Below are positions 21,898 through 34,474 of a stretch of DNA of 64,000 bases, in pieces (within the stretch, counting starts at the first letter, position 1; every line of letters starts with the position of its first letter). A program made the position numbers and the translations under genes. A model generated the notes under the pieces. That model saw nothing but the letters and a program-made list of their open reading frames with translations, made no database searches and had not been told where the DNA came from. The stretch is from the NCBI GenBank assembly GCA_043228905.1, contig JBHGNT010000003.1, positions 5,518,001 through 5,582,000 on the forward strand, written 5' to 3'. The DNA is from Azolla caroliniana. Its lineage: Eukaryota; Plantae; Polypodiophyta.

Positions 21898-24880
21898 TGT
21901 AAAGAATCGGATACGATTCTTGTGAAGCGGAAGAGATGTGAGTTATGTGTGTGTATGAGAGAGAGAGGAGTAAGACATAGAGAATACGCAAGGTAAAAGT
22001 ATATTGACAAAGGAGAAAGACTTAACGTTATACAAGGTGGGAGGAGGTTGCTTTATATAGTCACCCTCTCTCTTCATTAACTACAAGACTCATGGCGCAT
22101 GGGGAATGTTAAAGCTCATAAGTTATGTGTCATAGAAAATGATTCTATGACTCATACTAAATGCTAGAATACAAAGTGGTGACATAATGGTGACTCTTGA
22201 CCGTTGGAGTGTCTACTCACTCTGAAGGTGAGTTCACACACTAGACCAAGTTGAGCTTGATTCTCAACACGCCTCCTCAAGCTCAAGTCGGGTCGGTTTC
22301 AGACGGTATCCGAAATCCGCTTTGACTCGCGTTTCGGAGTCCGCGTCGACTCGCATTTATGTGGAGTTGCAGAATCCGTGCTCCAGCTTGCGTTGTGCGT
22401 AGTTGCGAAGTCTGTGCTTCGGCTTGCGTCTTTCTTTGCGGCTTTGCGCGGTAGATCGGCTCTTCGCGGCTTCATTGCACGGTTGCGTAATCCACACGTT
22501 ATTGCCTAATGTGCGCGGTTTGCGGAATCCACGCGTTATTGCGTAGCGTCTTCAGTACTCTCCCTCAAGCTTGGCAGGTCAGGGATCGTTAACCCGAGAT
22601 CGGTCATGAATTTCCATAGCTTGTCGGCTCCTAAGGCTTTAGTGAAGATGTCCTCCGTTTGAAGATTGGTGCTAATGTGTTGTAGGTCGACATCACCAGC
22701 TAGAACACGCTCTCGGATGAAGTGATAGTGCACTTCAATGTGCTTTGTCCGCGCGTGGAAAACTGGGTTCCGAGCCAGATAGATACTGCTCATGTTGTCA
22801 CAGTAAAGGGAAAGTCAGATCCTTGATGGGTACGCCCAGATCCTTGAGTATCCTTTTGAGCCATATGGCTTCACATGCGGCCACTACCGTGCCCTTGTAT
22901 TCCGCCTCTGTGCTCGAAAGAGCAACGGTTGGTTGCTTTTTGCTACTCCGGGATATTGCTCCGCTGCCAAGGGAGAAAACAAATCCGGAGGTTGATCTTC
23001 TATCCGCTTTGTAGCCGGCCCAATCGGCGTCTGTGTACCCCTCGAGTCATATTGGCATAGCGGTCTTGTAGAGGATGCCGCAATCCATTGTGCCGCTCAC
23101 GTATCGTGGAACTCGTTTAGCGCAATCCAAGTGAGCATCACGCGATGTTTGCATGAATTGGCTAAGGAGACCGACCAGATAACTGAGATTGGGTCGAGTG
23201 ATCGTGAGGTAGATGAGACTCCCGATGAGTTGCTAATACTGAGTCGGCTCACACACTTTGGTGCCGGAGTTCGTATCTAGTTTGAGATTGCAATCGAGCG
23301 GGGTTGCCACGGATTTGCACTCAGTGCCGAGGATGTAGTGCCGTTGAGAGATCATGATTCCGGCCGGAGTCCGAATTACCTTGATGCCGAGGAAGTAGTG
23401 GAGCTCCTTCTTGTCCGTCATCTTGAACTTGATGCCGAGGAAGTAGTGGAGCTCCTTCTTGTCCGTCATCTTGAACTTGTCGGAAAGGAGTCGGAGTCCG
23501 AATTACCTTGATGCCGAGGAAGTAGTGGAGCTCCTTCTTGTCCGTCATCTTGAACTTGTCGGAAAGGAGTGATTTGACCTTATTGATTTCGACAAGATGC
23601 TCACCTCCAATGACTAGGTCATCCACATATAAGATGATGACGATCGGACTTGCGGAATCGCTTCGTATGTAGAGGGAGTTGTTCGATTTTGACATACGGA
23701 AGCCGATTTGATGAAGATATTGCGTTATCTTCGAATGCCAAGCACACGGTGCTTGCTTGAGGCCGTAGAGTGGCTTCTTGAGTCGGCATACAACTTTCGG
23801 ATGGGTGCTTGAGTTGAAGCCGGGTGGTTGTATCATGTACACCTCCTCTTCTAATTCTCCTTGTAGAAAGGCGTTCTTGATGTCCATTTGATGGAGGTGC
23901 CACCCTTTCACTGCGGGAAGCGCAATTACGGTCCGTACCGTCGTCATCTTTGCCATCGGGGCAAAAGTCTCCTCGTAGTCAACTCTGTGCGTTGTACTTC
24001 ACTTTGTAAATCCATCTACATCCGATCGCCTTTTTGCGTGGTAAGGTGGGAACGAGATCCCACGTCTCATTCTTGCGTAGTGCCTGCATCTCCTCGTTCA
24101 TGGCTTCTATCCATCGCGGATCCTTGGCTGCTTCGGAAAATGTTTCCGGCTCGCGTACTGTCGCCACCTTCATCATAAAGGCATAGTGATATGCCATGTA
24201 GTCATTGTAGTGGAATCAGCTGACCGGATTCTTTTCACGGGTGGAGCGACAGAGCTTTTAATTTGCAGAGATGAGGGCTTTCTTACCTCCGATTGGTACA
24301 TCGAAGCCGCCGAACTCACTGTCGAGTGAGTCAGTCGACTCATCGTCGTCAAAGAGATCGTCTGCGTATTCCGCCATTTTCGCCTTGCCTTTATCCCTCT
24401 TTGGGCTAGGTTGTGATGTGCTTTGGTCCCTCAAAGGCTCTTGTGGTCCGCTCAGTCGAGTCATGATCGGACTTTCTTCGAACATGTGTGTAAGGTGATC
24501 TTCATCCTCTATCTCTTGTTCGGTGGATTCCGGGTCGAGCGGAGTCGGAGTCAAAGTTGTCTCTGGTGCGTACTAGGATGCGGACTCATAAAAAACGACG
24601 TCTCGACTTACTTGAGATTTTCGAGTTGAGGGTTGTAGCACTTGTACCCCTTTTGCTCCAATGAGTATCCTACGAGGATACATTTCTCCGAGTTCGGTTC
24701 AAGCTTTTGACGCTTCTCGTCGGGGATATGCACGTACGCTATCGCGCCGAATATCCGGATGTGCGATAAGTCCGGCTTCTTTCCGAAGTATTTTTCGTGC
24801 GGAGTGATCTCGTGCACGCCGGATGTTGTGCACCGGTTCATTAGGTAGACGGCCGTATTTGCAGCTTCGGCCCAATATGA
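21898..24880 (-). mobile_element. Ty1/copia 3' half: integrase end, RT, RNase H, PPT and 3' LTR (21898..22269)
   Basis: Motifs YWAEAANTAVYL, EPETFSEA...W..AM.EEM, HQMDIKNAFL, LYVDDL and RTKHIEVHYHFIRE. Polypurine tract TGAGGAGGCG precedes TGTTGAGAA...TTTACA. Confidence 0.92.
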
Positions 24881-25299
24881 CAAGGATAAGGAAAATTTTG
24901 GTTGATTTTAGGGTTTTTTCAATGATTTTAATAAACACATTGTTACCACTATGATACATGTTCAAATATACTATGAAAAAGGTTAAAAATCCACTATTTT
25001 TGTGATTTAGAAGTAAATAAAAAAAGAGGAATTTCAAAAAGTTACATTCTCAATTTATATCACAAACTTTACAAGCAATGTTATTTTATAAGAAACTATC
25101 TTTTAGAAATCATAAGAATTCAAAACACATGCTTTTATATTACTTGATTTGTTACAAACGGAATGTAGTTACACTTAATAGCCAAAAATACATTCATGAT
25201 CACTCCTTTACGGAGAATTACTATTATAACTAATATACAATGACGATTCCTCCTTGTCATCCTTGGATGTACCAATCAGTGCATTATCGTCGTCATAAA

Positions 25300-27224
25300 C
25301 CAAATGGTTTGACTCTAGATTATGTAGCAGATCTCGTTTCCTTTTGACTCGAGCCACCTTGTAGACCTGGTAATTTTTCTTTTATTATATCTATTGTTGA
25401 CTTCCTTAATCGTCCGGCTTTTGTAAGCATGAAGTCGTACACGATGATATCCAAATCAGAGATATCAAGGGTCGAGGTATTACGAGTGTTTCACTTCCTC
25501 TTCCTACCTCCCCTATTTGTTGGGCATTCAATCATCTCCAATGTATACTTACCTGTAAAAGCATTTGCACTTCTAGTGTTGTACCAACGATCGTTTATAG
25601 ACTTGATCGTGTTTTCTATTTCATGCATTAACACTTCTAGAATTTTACCAATCCAAAATTGGTGGCCATGTGAGTTCTCATCAGCCGGCGTTGCAATCAA
25701 CATCCCCGCCGTGACCTCTTGCAAATTGCTTTGCCATCTAGCTTCGGCTGCTTTGGTCATCCTTGGTCCCACATAAATGTCTCTTTGTTGTGGATGGACC
25801 AAACTGTCATTAATCGCATTTGTTGGTTGCTCCGGAGTTTTATTTACATGATCATGTTGCAATGACCATGTGAATGGCGTTTCCAAATTCCAATTATCAC
25901 CAAATACACAATTGTCTATAATTCCTTTCTGATCACTATAAAATACACCCCACCATGACGTGTCTTGTTGTGCGGCATATTTCTTGGCGGCCTCAATATG
26001 CTTTCTTTTTTCTTCTAAGGCTTGGAGCCATAACCGTTTTTGTTCTGATACAAAGTCACTATGCAACTGTCCTTTCTTCTCAATTGGCATTTGCTTAGCT
26101 CCATGGACAATTGTACTCAGCATACAAAGTAATAACTGGCAACCACCTTCAGGTTCCCATGTTGTAGAAGATAAATATTGTTTAGCATACAAAAGCGTAG
26201 AACCACTTATTTCATTTTTCTTTATCATAAAAATGTGATTGAAGCTTATATTGTTTCACTGAGCGAGCACTTTAACATTCCCAACACCCCCATCTGATAT
26301 ATATCTCTTAAAGTCATATACCTCCTTCAAGTGTAACACTTTTGGGCGTGGTGTATGTGCATCACAAATGACATCAAATAGTTAAGGTAATGTGAAAGCA
26401 TCATGTCGAGACAACTGTCTGGAGAATGTGTTAAACATCTGATCAATATGATCATGTGTGTGGCCAACCAAAAGAAAATTGACTTTCACTTTTCTAAACA
26501 TTCCTTGGTTGACCAACATACATAGATAGCCAAACACAGTTGAATTTTTGTTCTCTCTAGCAGTATTGTCCAATTGAATGTATAGAACAGGGGGAAAGGT
26601 TCACCCCAAGACATCAAAACTCGGTGAATCACTGTAACTGTTAGGTTAGGGTCATTGTGAACATTGGGGTGTGTCATGAAGACGCGAGGTCCAACTGACC
26701 TATTATAAGCCAAGCATCCCACCAAGTGCATTTGAACAAGGCACTCATCATTAACGTCTTTGGAGAGCCTCCGCATATGCAGCAAGCACGTCTTCTTCTG
26801 GTCCATGTCATCCATCATTAAGCACATGTATAGTTCACGCCTCTTCAAACACTTCTCTCTATGATGCATCGCCTTCTTTTGTTCTAACAATTGTGTCTCA
26901 CGATGCTCTTGTAGTAACTTCTTACTTGTTGAGAATCAAGCTTAACTTGGTCTAGTGTGTGAACTCACCTTGAGAGTGAAGAGACACTCCAACGGTCAAG
27001 AGTCACCATTATGTCACCACTTTGTATTCCAGCATTTAGTATGAGTCAGAGAATCATATTCTATGACACATAACTTATGAGCTTTCACATTCCCCATGCT
27101 CCATGAGCCTAGTAGTTAATGAAGAGAGAGGGTGACTACATAAAGCACCCTCCTCCCACCTTGTAAAATGTTGAGTCTTTCTCCTTTGTCAATATACTTT
27201 TACCTTGCTTATTCCTTGTCTCTC

Positions 27225-27269
<45 letters not shown>

Positions 27270-28387
27270 GTTCACACCTATTCCGCTTCACAAGAATCCA
27301 TCTCTTGATTCTTTACATTACTCATATCCTTTTCCATTGATGTCTTTGCACCTTTAGCCAAACTTTTAAGATTTGCACAAATGGAGCAATACCCCATGCG
27401 TACTTTACGTGGAATGATAACATTTGAAAACTGAGCTCTGCATAATCTTGTGAATTGGCTATATGTGACAGACTTATTACGTGACCCCACCATATCAGAT
27501 TGATAGGCATCATAAACTTCTCGACGTGTGTAATTATCAGAGAGGTGCATCCTACCTATAGTGGGCATTACTTCACAATTTAACTAAAAGTAATTTTTCA
27601 TCCAACCAATAACATGTCTTCCAATGGCACCTTTCATGCTTGGAACCTCTTTACAATTGAGCATCTGATCCCCGCTAAGTAGATGTTGGTGTACTCTATG
27701 TAGCCGCATGTTACTAACACATAACGCAATTTTAAATGCAACTCTACATATCTGTTGCGCATGGAAGATATAATACTCGAATGATACTTTGATCCCCGTA
27801 CATTTGTCAGACACTAGTTGCATATGTGACCCGAGGTAAGTGTCTTGCTTATCACCAGTCATCGAAAAATAGTATCGCCTTAATTCTCGCAACTTTGATT
27901 TTCCAATCATAGACATACAACCACGGGCACAACATATTTTTTTGACATCAAATCCAATCTGTTTATCTGATGTCACCAAGTTAAATCTAGCCAGACGAAT
28001 TCTTTGTGGGATTCTTCTAATATGCATAGGGCTTCCGTATTTCTCTTCCTACATAGAAGTTGGTGTAACATTGTTACTATCCAATTCTTTGTTGTGACCA
28101 TCGCCCATGATATTTGATGTTTCATTGGCACTACCTTCATTCTCCGTATCTCTATAAATATCGTATTCTTCAATAGAGAACTCTTCACATGTGTCATTAT
28201 TCACATTCATTGTAGATGAAGATGAGCTCAGACAATACTCTTCGATAGAATATGGTGACTCTATCGACAGACAATATTCTTTAATAGAAAATGGTGAGTC
28301 TGTCGACAAACAATACTCTCCGGTAGAAAACAAAGAGTCGGATGACAAACAATATTCTTCAATCAAGAACAGTGAATCTTCACTCAT
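25300..28387 (-). pseudogene. DUF7869/Sola-like DDE transposase, decayed and interrupted by a solo LTR
   Basis: Motifs in order: CCARGC, ICRVAF, RMGYCSIC, LMMDDMDQKK, QLDNTARENKN, FLLVGHTHDHIDQMF. Stops at 28049 and 27584 plus frameshifts. The family name is from memory of these motifs. The 3' end is approximate. Confidence 0.7.
26927..27317 (+). mobile_element. Copia solo LTR (same family as 21898..22269) with 5-bp TSD TTACT
   Basis: TGTTGAGAATC...GATTCTTTACA. TTACT at 26922..26926 and 27318..27322. Confidence 0.92.
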
Positions 28388-28884
28388 GGCTTAAGGTTCA
28401 CACCGAGCTCTTTAAGTTATGTGCTTAGGCTAACATAAAAAACGGATAAGCTCCTCTCTAAACATAAACTCCTCTCTAAACAAAAGCTCCCTCAATATAA
28501 TGTCTATATTATTTAATATTATATTAATACAATACATAAAGATATTATTTTTAATATAATAATTGTATTCAACATACTAATAATTACTTAAACTAGTCTG
28601 TATAAAGTTTAATCAAGTAAACTATAATTACAATCATTACCAAGCCATATATATGTTGAATTAAAGTTAAAATCATTGGTTAATTAATGGCACCCATATT
28701 TAATATAGAACTTCTCAGTCATTGGTTCATTCATGCCCACATCTTTAATACAAAGCAATTAAGAGTCATAAAAATGTTGCTTTGAGTAATCAATCATTGG
28801 TTCATTCATGAACCTCTATCATTGTTTCCTTCCTGAACTTCAAAGTCATTGTATGTTATTTTGACTATAAAATAATCATCAATA

Positions 28885-29605
28885 TGTTAGTTTGACTTTG
28901 TAATCATTAATGCAATCATAAGTAACTCTGGTTAAAGTGACTATGATTACAAACTAACTAACCTCAAGCTTGCCAACCCTGGTTAAGGTGACTGTGGTTA
29001 CTTTAACCACTGTAGTCAATCCCTATAAATAGGAAGACCTCGTCATATTTCAATCACACAAACCACAAGAGCACATAGAGCAAACAGAGCACACAGAGCA
29101 TGAAGCTCGAAAGCGTGATCTCCGCCTAAACTTCGACAAGATCAACCATTTCTTCAAAGAAAATCGAGAGACAAGACTCCAAGTAAGCCTCTAACACTGT
29201 GGACATTTTTGTAAATGTGTTTTAGCACTCAAGAACTCGATACGCTGTTAGTTTGACTTTGTAATCATTGATGCAATCATAAGTAACTCTGGTTAAAGTG
29301 ACTATGATTACAAACTAACTAACCTCAAGCTTGCCAACCCTGGTTAAGGTGACTGTGGTTACTTTAACCACTGTAGTCAATCCCTATAAATAGGAAGACC
29401 TCGTCATATTTCAATCACACAAACCACAAGAGCACATAGAGCAAACAGAGCACACAGAGCATGAAGCTCGAAAGCGTGATCTCCGCCTAAACTTCGACAA
29501 GATCAACCATTTCTTCAAAGAAAATCGAGAGACAAGACTCCAAGTAAGCCTCTAACACTGTGGACATTTTTGTAAATGTGTTTTAGCACTCAAGAACTCG
29601 ATACG
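28885..29605 (+). repeat. Near-perfect 361-bp tandem duplication containing a TATA box and a splice donor
   Basis: Units start at 28885 and 29246. Each has CCCTATAAATAGG followed by a CA-rich leader and AA|GTAAG. Confidence 0.85.
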
Positions 29606-30047
29606 TTGTATCGAGTTTCTATTTGATGTTTAGGTTTTATGCAGGAACTCAATACGTCGTATCAAGTTCTTGTTAAAAGTTTGTGTTTTAAACAAGAACT
29701 CGATACACCGTATCGAGTTCCTATTTAAAGTTTAGGTTTTATACAAGAACTTGATACACCGTATCGAGTTCTTGTTTAAAGTTTGTGTTTTAAACATGAA
29801 CTCGATACGCCGTATCGAGTTCTTTTCTTATGTTCGTGTGTTATACAGGAACTCGATATGGCGTATCGAGTTCCTGTACAAAGTTTGTGTTTTTTTGTAT
29901 ATAGTATGCGTTTTAAACAGGAACTTGTTACGGCGTAACGAGTTCCTGTATAAAACACGAACATAATACAGGAACTCGATACGCCGTATCGAGTTCTTGT
30001 GTAAAGTATGTGTTTGATACATGAACTCGATACCCTGCATCGAAGTC
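29594..30047. repeat. Array of nine 25-bp palindromes GAACTCGATACG-N-CGTATCGAGTTC with 51-bp period
   Basis: Copies start at 29594, 29645, 29696, 29747, 29798, 29849, 29921, 29972 and 30023, separated by AT-rich spacers. Confidence 0.9.
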
Positions 30048-30546
30048 ATGTATCAACACGAACTATATGCAGGAACAATTTAGTATTGTGTGAAAAGATA
30101 TCTAACTTTCTGTCAAAATCAGACTTTGTTATGGAGATTTGCCATATTTTGTAACAAATAGGGGCCTAAATTATAGAGGTTTTATGACCTAGTATAGCTT
30201 AAAATAGTAGAAAATAATCCACAAATTACCTTTACGATACCAAATTCAAGTCTATCATAAGCAAATTCTCTAGAATATGGATATGGAATCAATATAAGCC
30301 ATACCTACCCATCAAGATAACATATATCCTTGTATACTTATTAAGATATATATTTTCTAAGTTGAATAGCCCTTACTAGAATGGATTTTTGAATAAAGGA
30401 CTACCATGTTCACTCAATGCATGATTGATATTTTTAGTTTGCCGCAATGCTAGTTCCTGTCTTCGTCTAATTATGTGTATTTTAATATACAACCTTAATC
30501 TATGTGACCACCTAACTTATGTTTTCGCATGTCCTTTCTTAAATAG

Positions 30547-33500
30547 GTCATTTGAGAACTTGTTAGATCGACCTTTGAAGAAGATAAAGCTCCGGATATA
30601 GGGTTCTCCAATTGAAACCCAGACCGTAATAGCTCTCGAGAACATGAAGAAAGGAAAGAATCTTCTCTTCGACGAAGAAACAAAATCTCAACCACCCAAT
30701 GAGGTTAGCCAGAAGAAACTATTAGCAGCTACTGGTGGTGAAGACCTTCCTGACTGTGATCTAATGGACAAGGAATGGTGTATGCAATACGTCGACTCCA
30801 AGAAAAAAGTCGTGTTGTATACTACAAAGAAGAAGGGCGAGGGGCAGCTTGAAAATGAAACCGCATTTATGTATGGCCGTATTCTACAATTTGACTACGA
30901 AGATTCAAATTTGGCCAACATACTTGTAATGATAGAGTGCTCTAAGGGGGTACGTAAAGTGTTCCTTTCTGAAGAACTTCTAGTAAAGTAATCTTGTGGG
31001 CCAGAACCTTTTAAAAAAGATCTAGAAAGCTCCCAAAACCTTATTATTACCTTGCGGCCTTATATACAAGGCCATGTAAGTCTAAGCGAACCATTGCCCT
31101 CCCTAGTAAAGGCCCCGAAAAGGGCATCTAAAGTACAATCAAGACCACCAAAGAAGAAGCCCACTAAAATGTCAGACTCCGACTCATCAAGCTCAAAGGA
31201 AGATGAGGACACTAAGGGGACGCCAGGAGCTGACCTGGCATTGGGTGTGTTGTCATCTGAGCAGAATAAGATATGGAGAGAGTTAATGCAGCGGAAACTG
31301 GTCAGGAAAGGGCAAGTGTTTAATTTGCCTATAACACACATCCATCAGCCCCCTATTGATGAAAAAACAAGACAAAGACCACTTGAGATTAGAGAGCCAC
31401 ATCGAATGCATGTTCAAAATCTCAAGAAAAAAATAAAAATTAATCCACATGCTACCGTTGTGCCTTTTATTGTTATGGTGGATCCTGAAGAATGTGAAAC
31501 CATTGAAGATTTTGATATAAGAAAGCATGATCAATATAATTACTTTGTCATTGGTGGATCGCATTCGACGAAGGCACGTCGGCAACTTGTGAGAGAACAT
31601 CCAACGACTTTCTTCTTCAAGTATGCCAAGTGCAAAATTTACGTGGGTCTAACAACTGAAGAGGCAAAGCTATTGGCATGGAACCGCAATAACACGATAA
31701 TGACTATAGGCAGAAAATGTCATCGATTGAGCGTATAAGGTTCTTCCACCACGAGTATTTGGATGTCAAACAAAAGTTTGGTGTGAAGCTACATCCTGAC
31801 CTACGATGTCAATGCTTGCATGAAGTCGGCATTGTGGTAGATGATAATGTTAAGTCTGATGGCCTTCGAAAATATGAGACTTGGTTTCAACTGGCCTTTA
31901 GAGATGGAGAAGTATGGGACTTACAAGATCAAATCTTCTCAATGTGGGAGAATAAGGAGGTCAAGGGTCAACGACAAAAGAAAAGTAAGTTAGACCCTCA
32001 ACTAGAATTAAAGTCACAAGCGGCCAAGAAAATTGATTTGACAATTGAAGAAGCGGTTGACGACATGAAGTTGTCTCTGTGGAGAGCGATGCAAGGTATT
32101 AAGGATGAACAGCTTCTTGTGTCTGTTTTGTCAAAGGTTGTGGCCAAAGATTTAAGCCTTGAAGAAATGGTCATTGAGTTCAATAAGTAAGTCTTTCAAA
32201 TAGTGATATTGAAGTCAATATGGTGCAATTGAAAGTTCTAATCTCGTTTTCTAATTTCACAGTCATAAGGTGTACATGAAGATCCAAGAAGTTATGATGA
32301 AACAACTTGGATGTATAACTTGGGAACAAGTGACCGAGGATTATCCTCTAACGTCTTCATATAAGGCATTATCGGAGTATTTTATTGCATTCAAGGATTG
32401 GGTTAGTATTGGTGGTTTTTCATTAAGCTTTCATCATATGTAGAGCTTGTATAATAAAACTTGATGTCCTATTGCTTCTATTAGAAACCGTGTCATGGCA
32501 AGAAACAAGGAGAAGTTAAGGATATACACAATTTCCCGACATCATTCCTTGCACATCTTGGGAGAGCCAGAAAAGAAAAGGATCGTCGCTTAGTCAAGGC
32601 GTACGAAATGGAGGAAGATGGCTCCTTTAAAAAATTTAGCCACAAAAAAGATATTACGAGAGATCTTTACTACAATGTGGTTTGCGGCGATGTCATTGAC
32701 ATGATCCAAAAAGTGCCAAAGAAGGAATAAACGCTAATGATTGCGGATATTCCTTACGGATTTCGAATGGCAGGGTCATATCATACGATGATGAACTATT
32801 TAGGTTTAAACAGTTGGAGAATATGGTCAAGGATTTTGCTGAGCTAACGACTGCATCCTTGTGGAGAATAGTTGTCTTTCATAGTATGGACCAAGGGAAC
32901 TCCGTAGCTCAAGCTTTGAGATCTCGTTGCCATGGCATCGAGAACCTTGCCTGGTAAGGATTATTTATAGGTCTCATTCACTATATTGCCTTTCTTAAGA
33001 TTGTTTAATCTATTCTTAACTCGATGTAATATTTGTTATAGGATAAAAACCAATGTAAATAGAGGGCCAACCTTTCGGTTCCTTAATGCCATTGAATACA
33101 TCACGGTTGGCTACTTCGATGAAATTAAGAAACAAAGAATCAAGGAGCATTCTAATGAAGTGGGAGGTTCAAATCTGTTGGTATATCCAGCAGTGACACG
33201 GAAATTGCGACATGTCACCACGACAGAATGGGGACTCGTCAACCCATACCAAAAACCTCAACGACTTATGATGCGCTTGATCGAGATGTTTTCGGTCTAA
33301 GGAGACTGGATATTAGACCTTTTTTTCTAGCACAGGTATTCCTCGAACTAGGGTAACGATCTTGAGATAACCAATACTGAATCTTTTTTGTTTGAGAACT
33401 AATTCTTCTTGTTACTTTCTTCATAGGAATGACGTCTGCATGTGCATTGAAGCTCTTTAGAAACACAGTTGCATTGGAGAAGGACAAGGAGTAGGTTATA

Positions 33501-33779
33501 TTTATAAACATGAGGATTAAGGCTTTGTGGGAGTGCCCAGACCAGGACGAGGAGGTTGGTGCAAAGAACCTCGTTGATACTGAAAAGTTTCAACCTGCTT
33601 CGCGAGAGCCTATTCCTCCGTTAGCCGGGGAACCTGGGGTGTTAATAGAGCTTGATGTTGAGCTTATAGAAGATATTTCGTTGGCTCGGCTAACAGGGGA
33701 AGCCAATGCACGTATAGCCGAAGAGACTTCTATACAGGATGATGAAGAAAATGACATTGACGATTTGATTGCTATGTAA
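30547..33779 (+). pseudogene. Spliced gene for a ParB/Srx-like domain plus beta-class N6A/N4C DNA methyltransferase (N6_N4_Mtase-like); exons ~30547..32186, 32263..32401, 32485..32953, 33042..33334, 33427..33779
   Basis: ParB-like: REPHRMHVQNLKKKI...VPFIVMV...YFVIGGSHSTKARRQL...IYVGLTTEEAKLLAW. MTase after splicing four GT-AG introns: VVCGDVIDMIQKVP..LMIADIPYG, W-IKTN...EYITVG, NPYQKPQRLMMRLIEMFS.GDWILDLFSSTG-MTSACALKLFRNTVALEKD. Several stops and frameshifts. The 5' end is approximate. Confidence 0.8.
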
Positions 33780-34474
33780 TAGACTCTTTTAAAAAAGTGA
33801 AATGTAATGTTTGGATTTCACATTATTAATACAAATTTTGGGTTTTACTTGGTGAACTCTATTCTTTATAATCTTCTATATGTTTCAATTTTATTTTTAT
33901 ATACTTGGTTAGTAGACTTATGACATTGGTTTCACCACGTGCATTGTTGACTACCAAATTTATGGAGAAACATGAATTAGTTTAAATTGAGGCTGATTTT
34001 GGTCAAAGTTTACCTTAACATAACATGGTCATAGAATTGTTGCCATAACTGTCCATGTTGTTATTATGGATCTTTGTCTTCTATTATTAAAACTATTATG
34101 TTTCTCTTCCATTGCTACTTAGATTGCGTAGTGTGTTGATAATGGTTCCACTAGCGTTATCCGCATGTTTTTATACGCTTGTAGTTCCACTAGCATTATC
34201 GTTCGGACTTTGATCCCGTGTGAATCACCTAAGCAATAGATTAGATCAATTTTAAATACATTGTCCACAATTATATACATATGGTTTGATCCCATACAAA
34301 CAAACTCAGGAATAGATTAGATCAGCTTTAAATACAAGTATTAAATACTTTAATAAGTTAGTTATTCCAATCACATTATCCTAAAGTCCCGGGGGCTCCA
34401 ATATATATAAAGAGGTTGTATCACGTGCATTCACGACATCTTTTATAAACCCCTTATATGTATGTTTTTTGCTA

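Noticed and set aside
29594-30047. CRISPR array (palindromic repeats with regular spacers)
   Set aside because: The spacers are related to each other, there are no cas genes, and the context is eukaryotic.
30547-33779. Bacterial contamination as the source of the ParB-MTase gene
   Set aside because: The gene has four in-frame GT-AG introns and lies among plant LTR elements.
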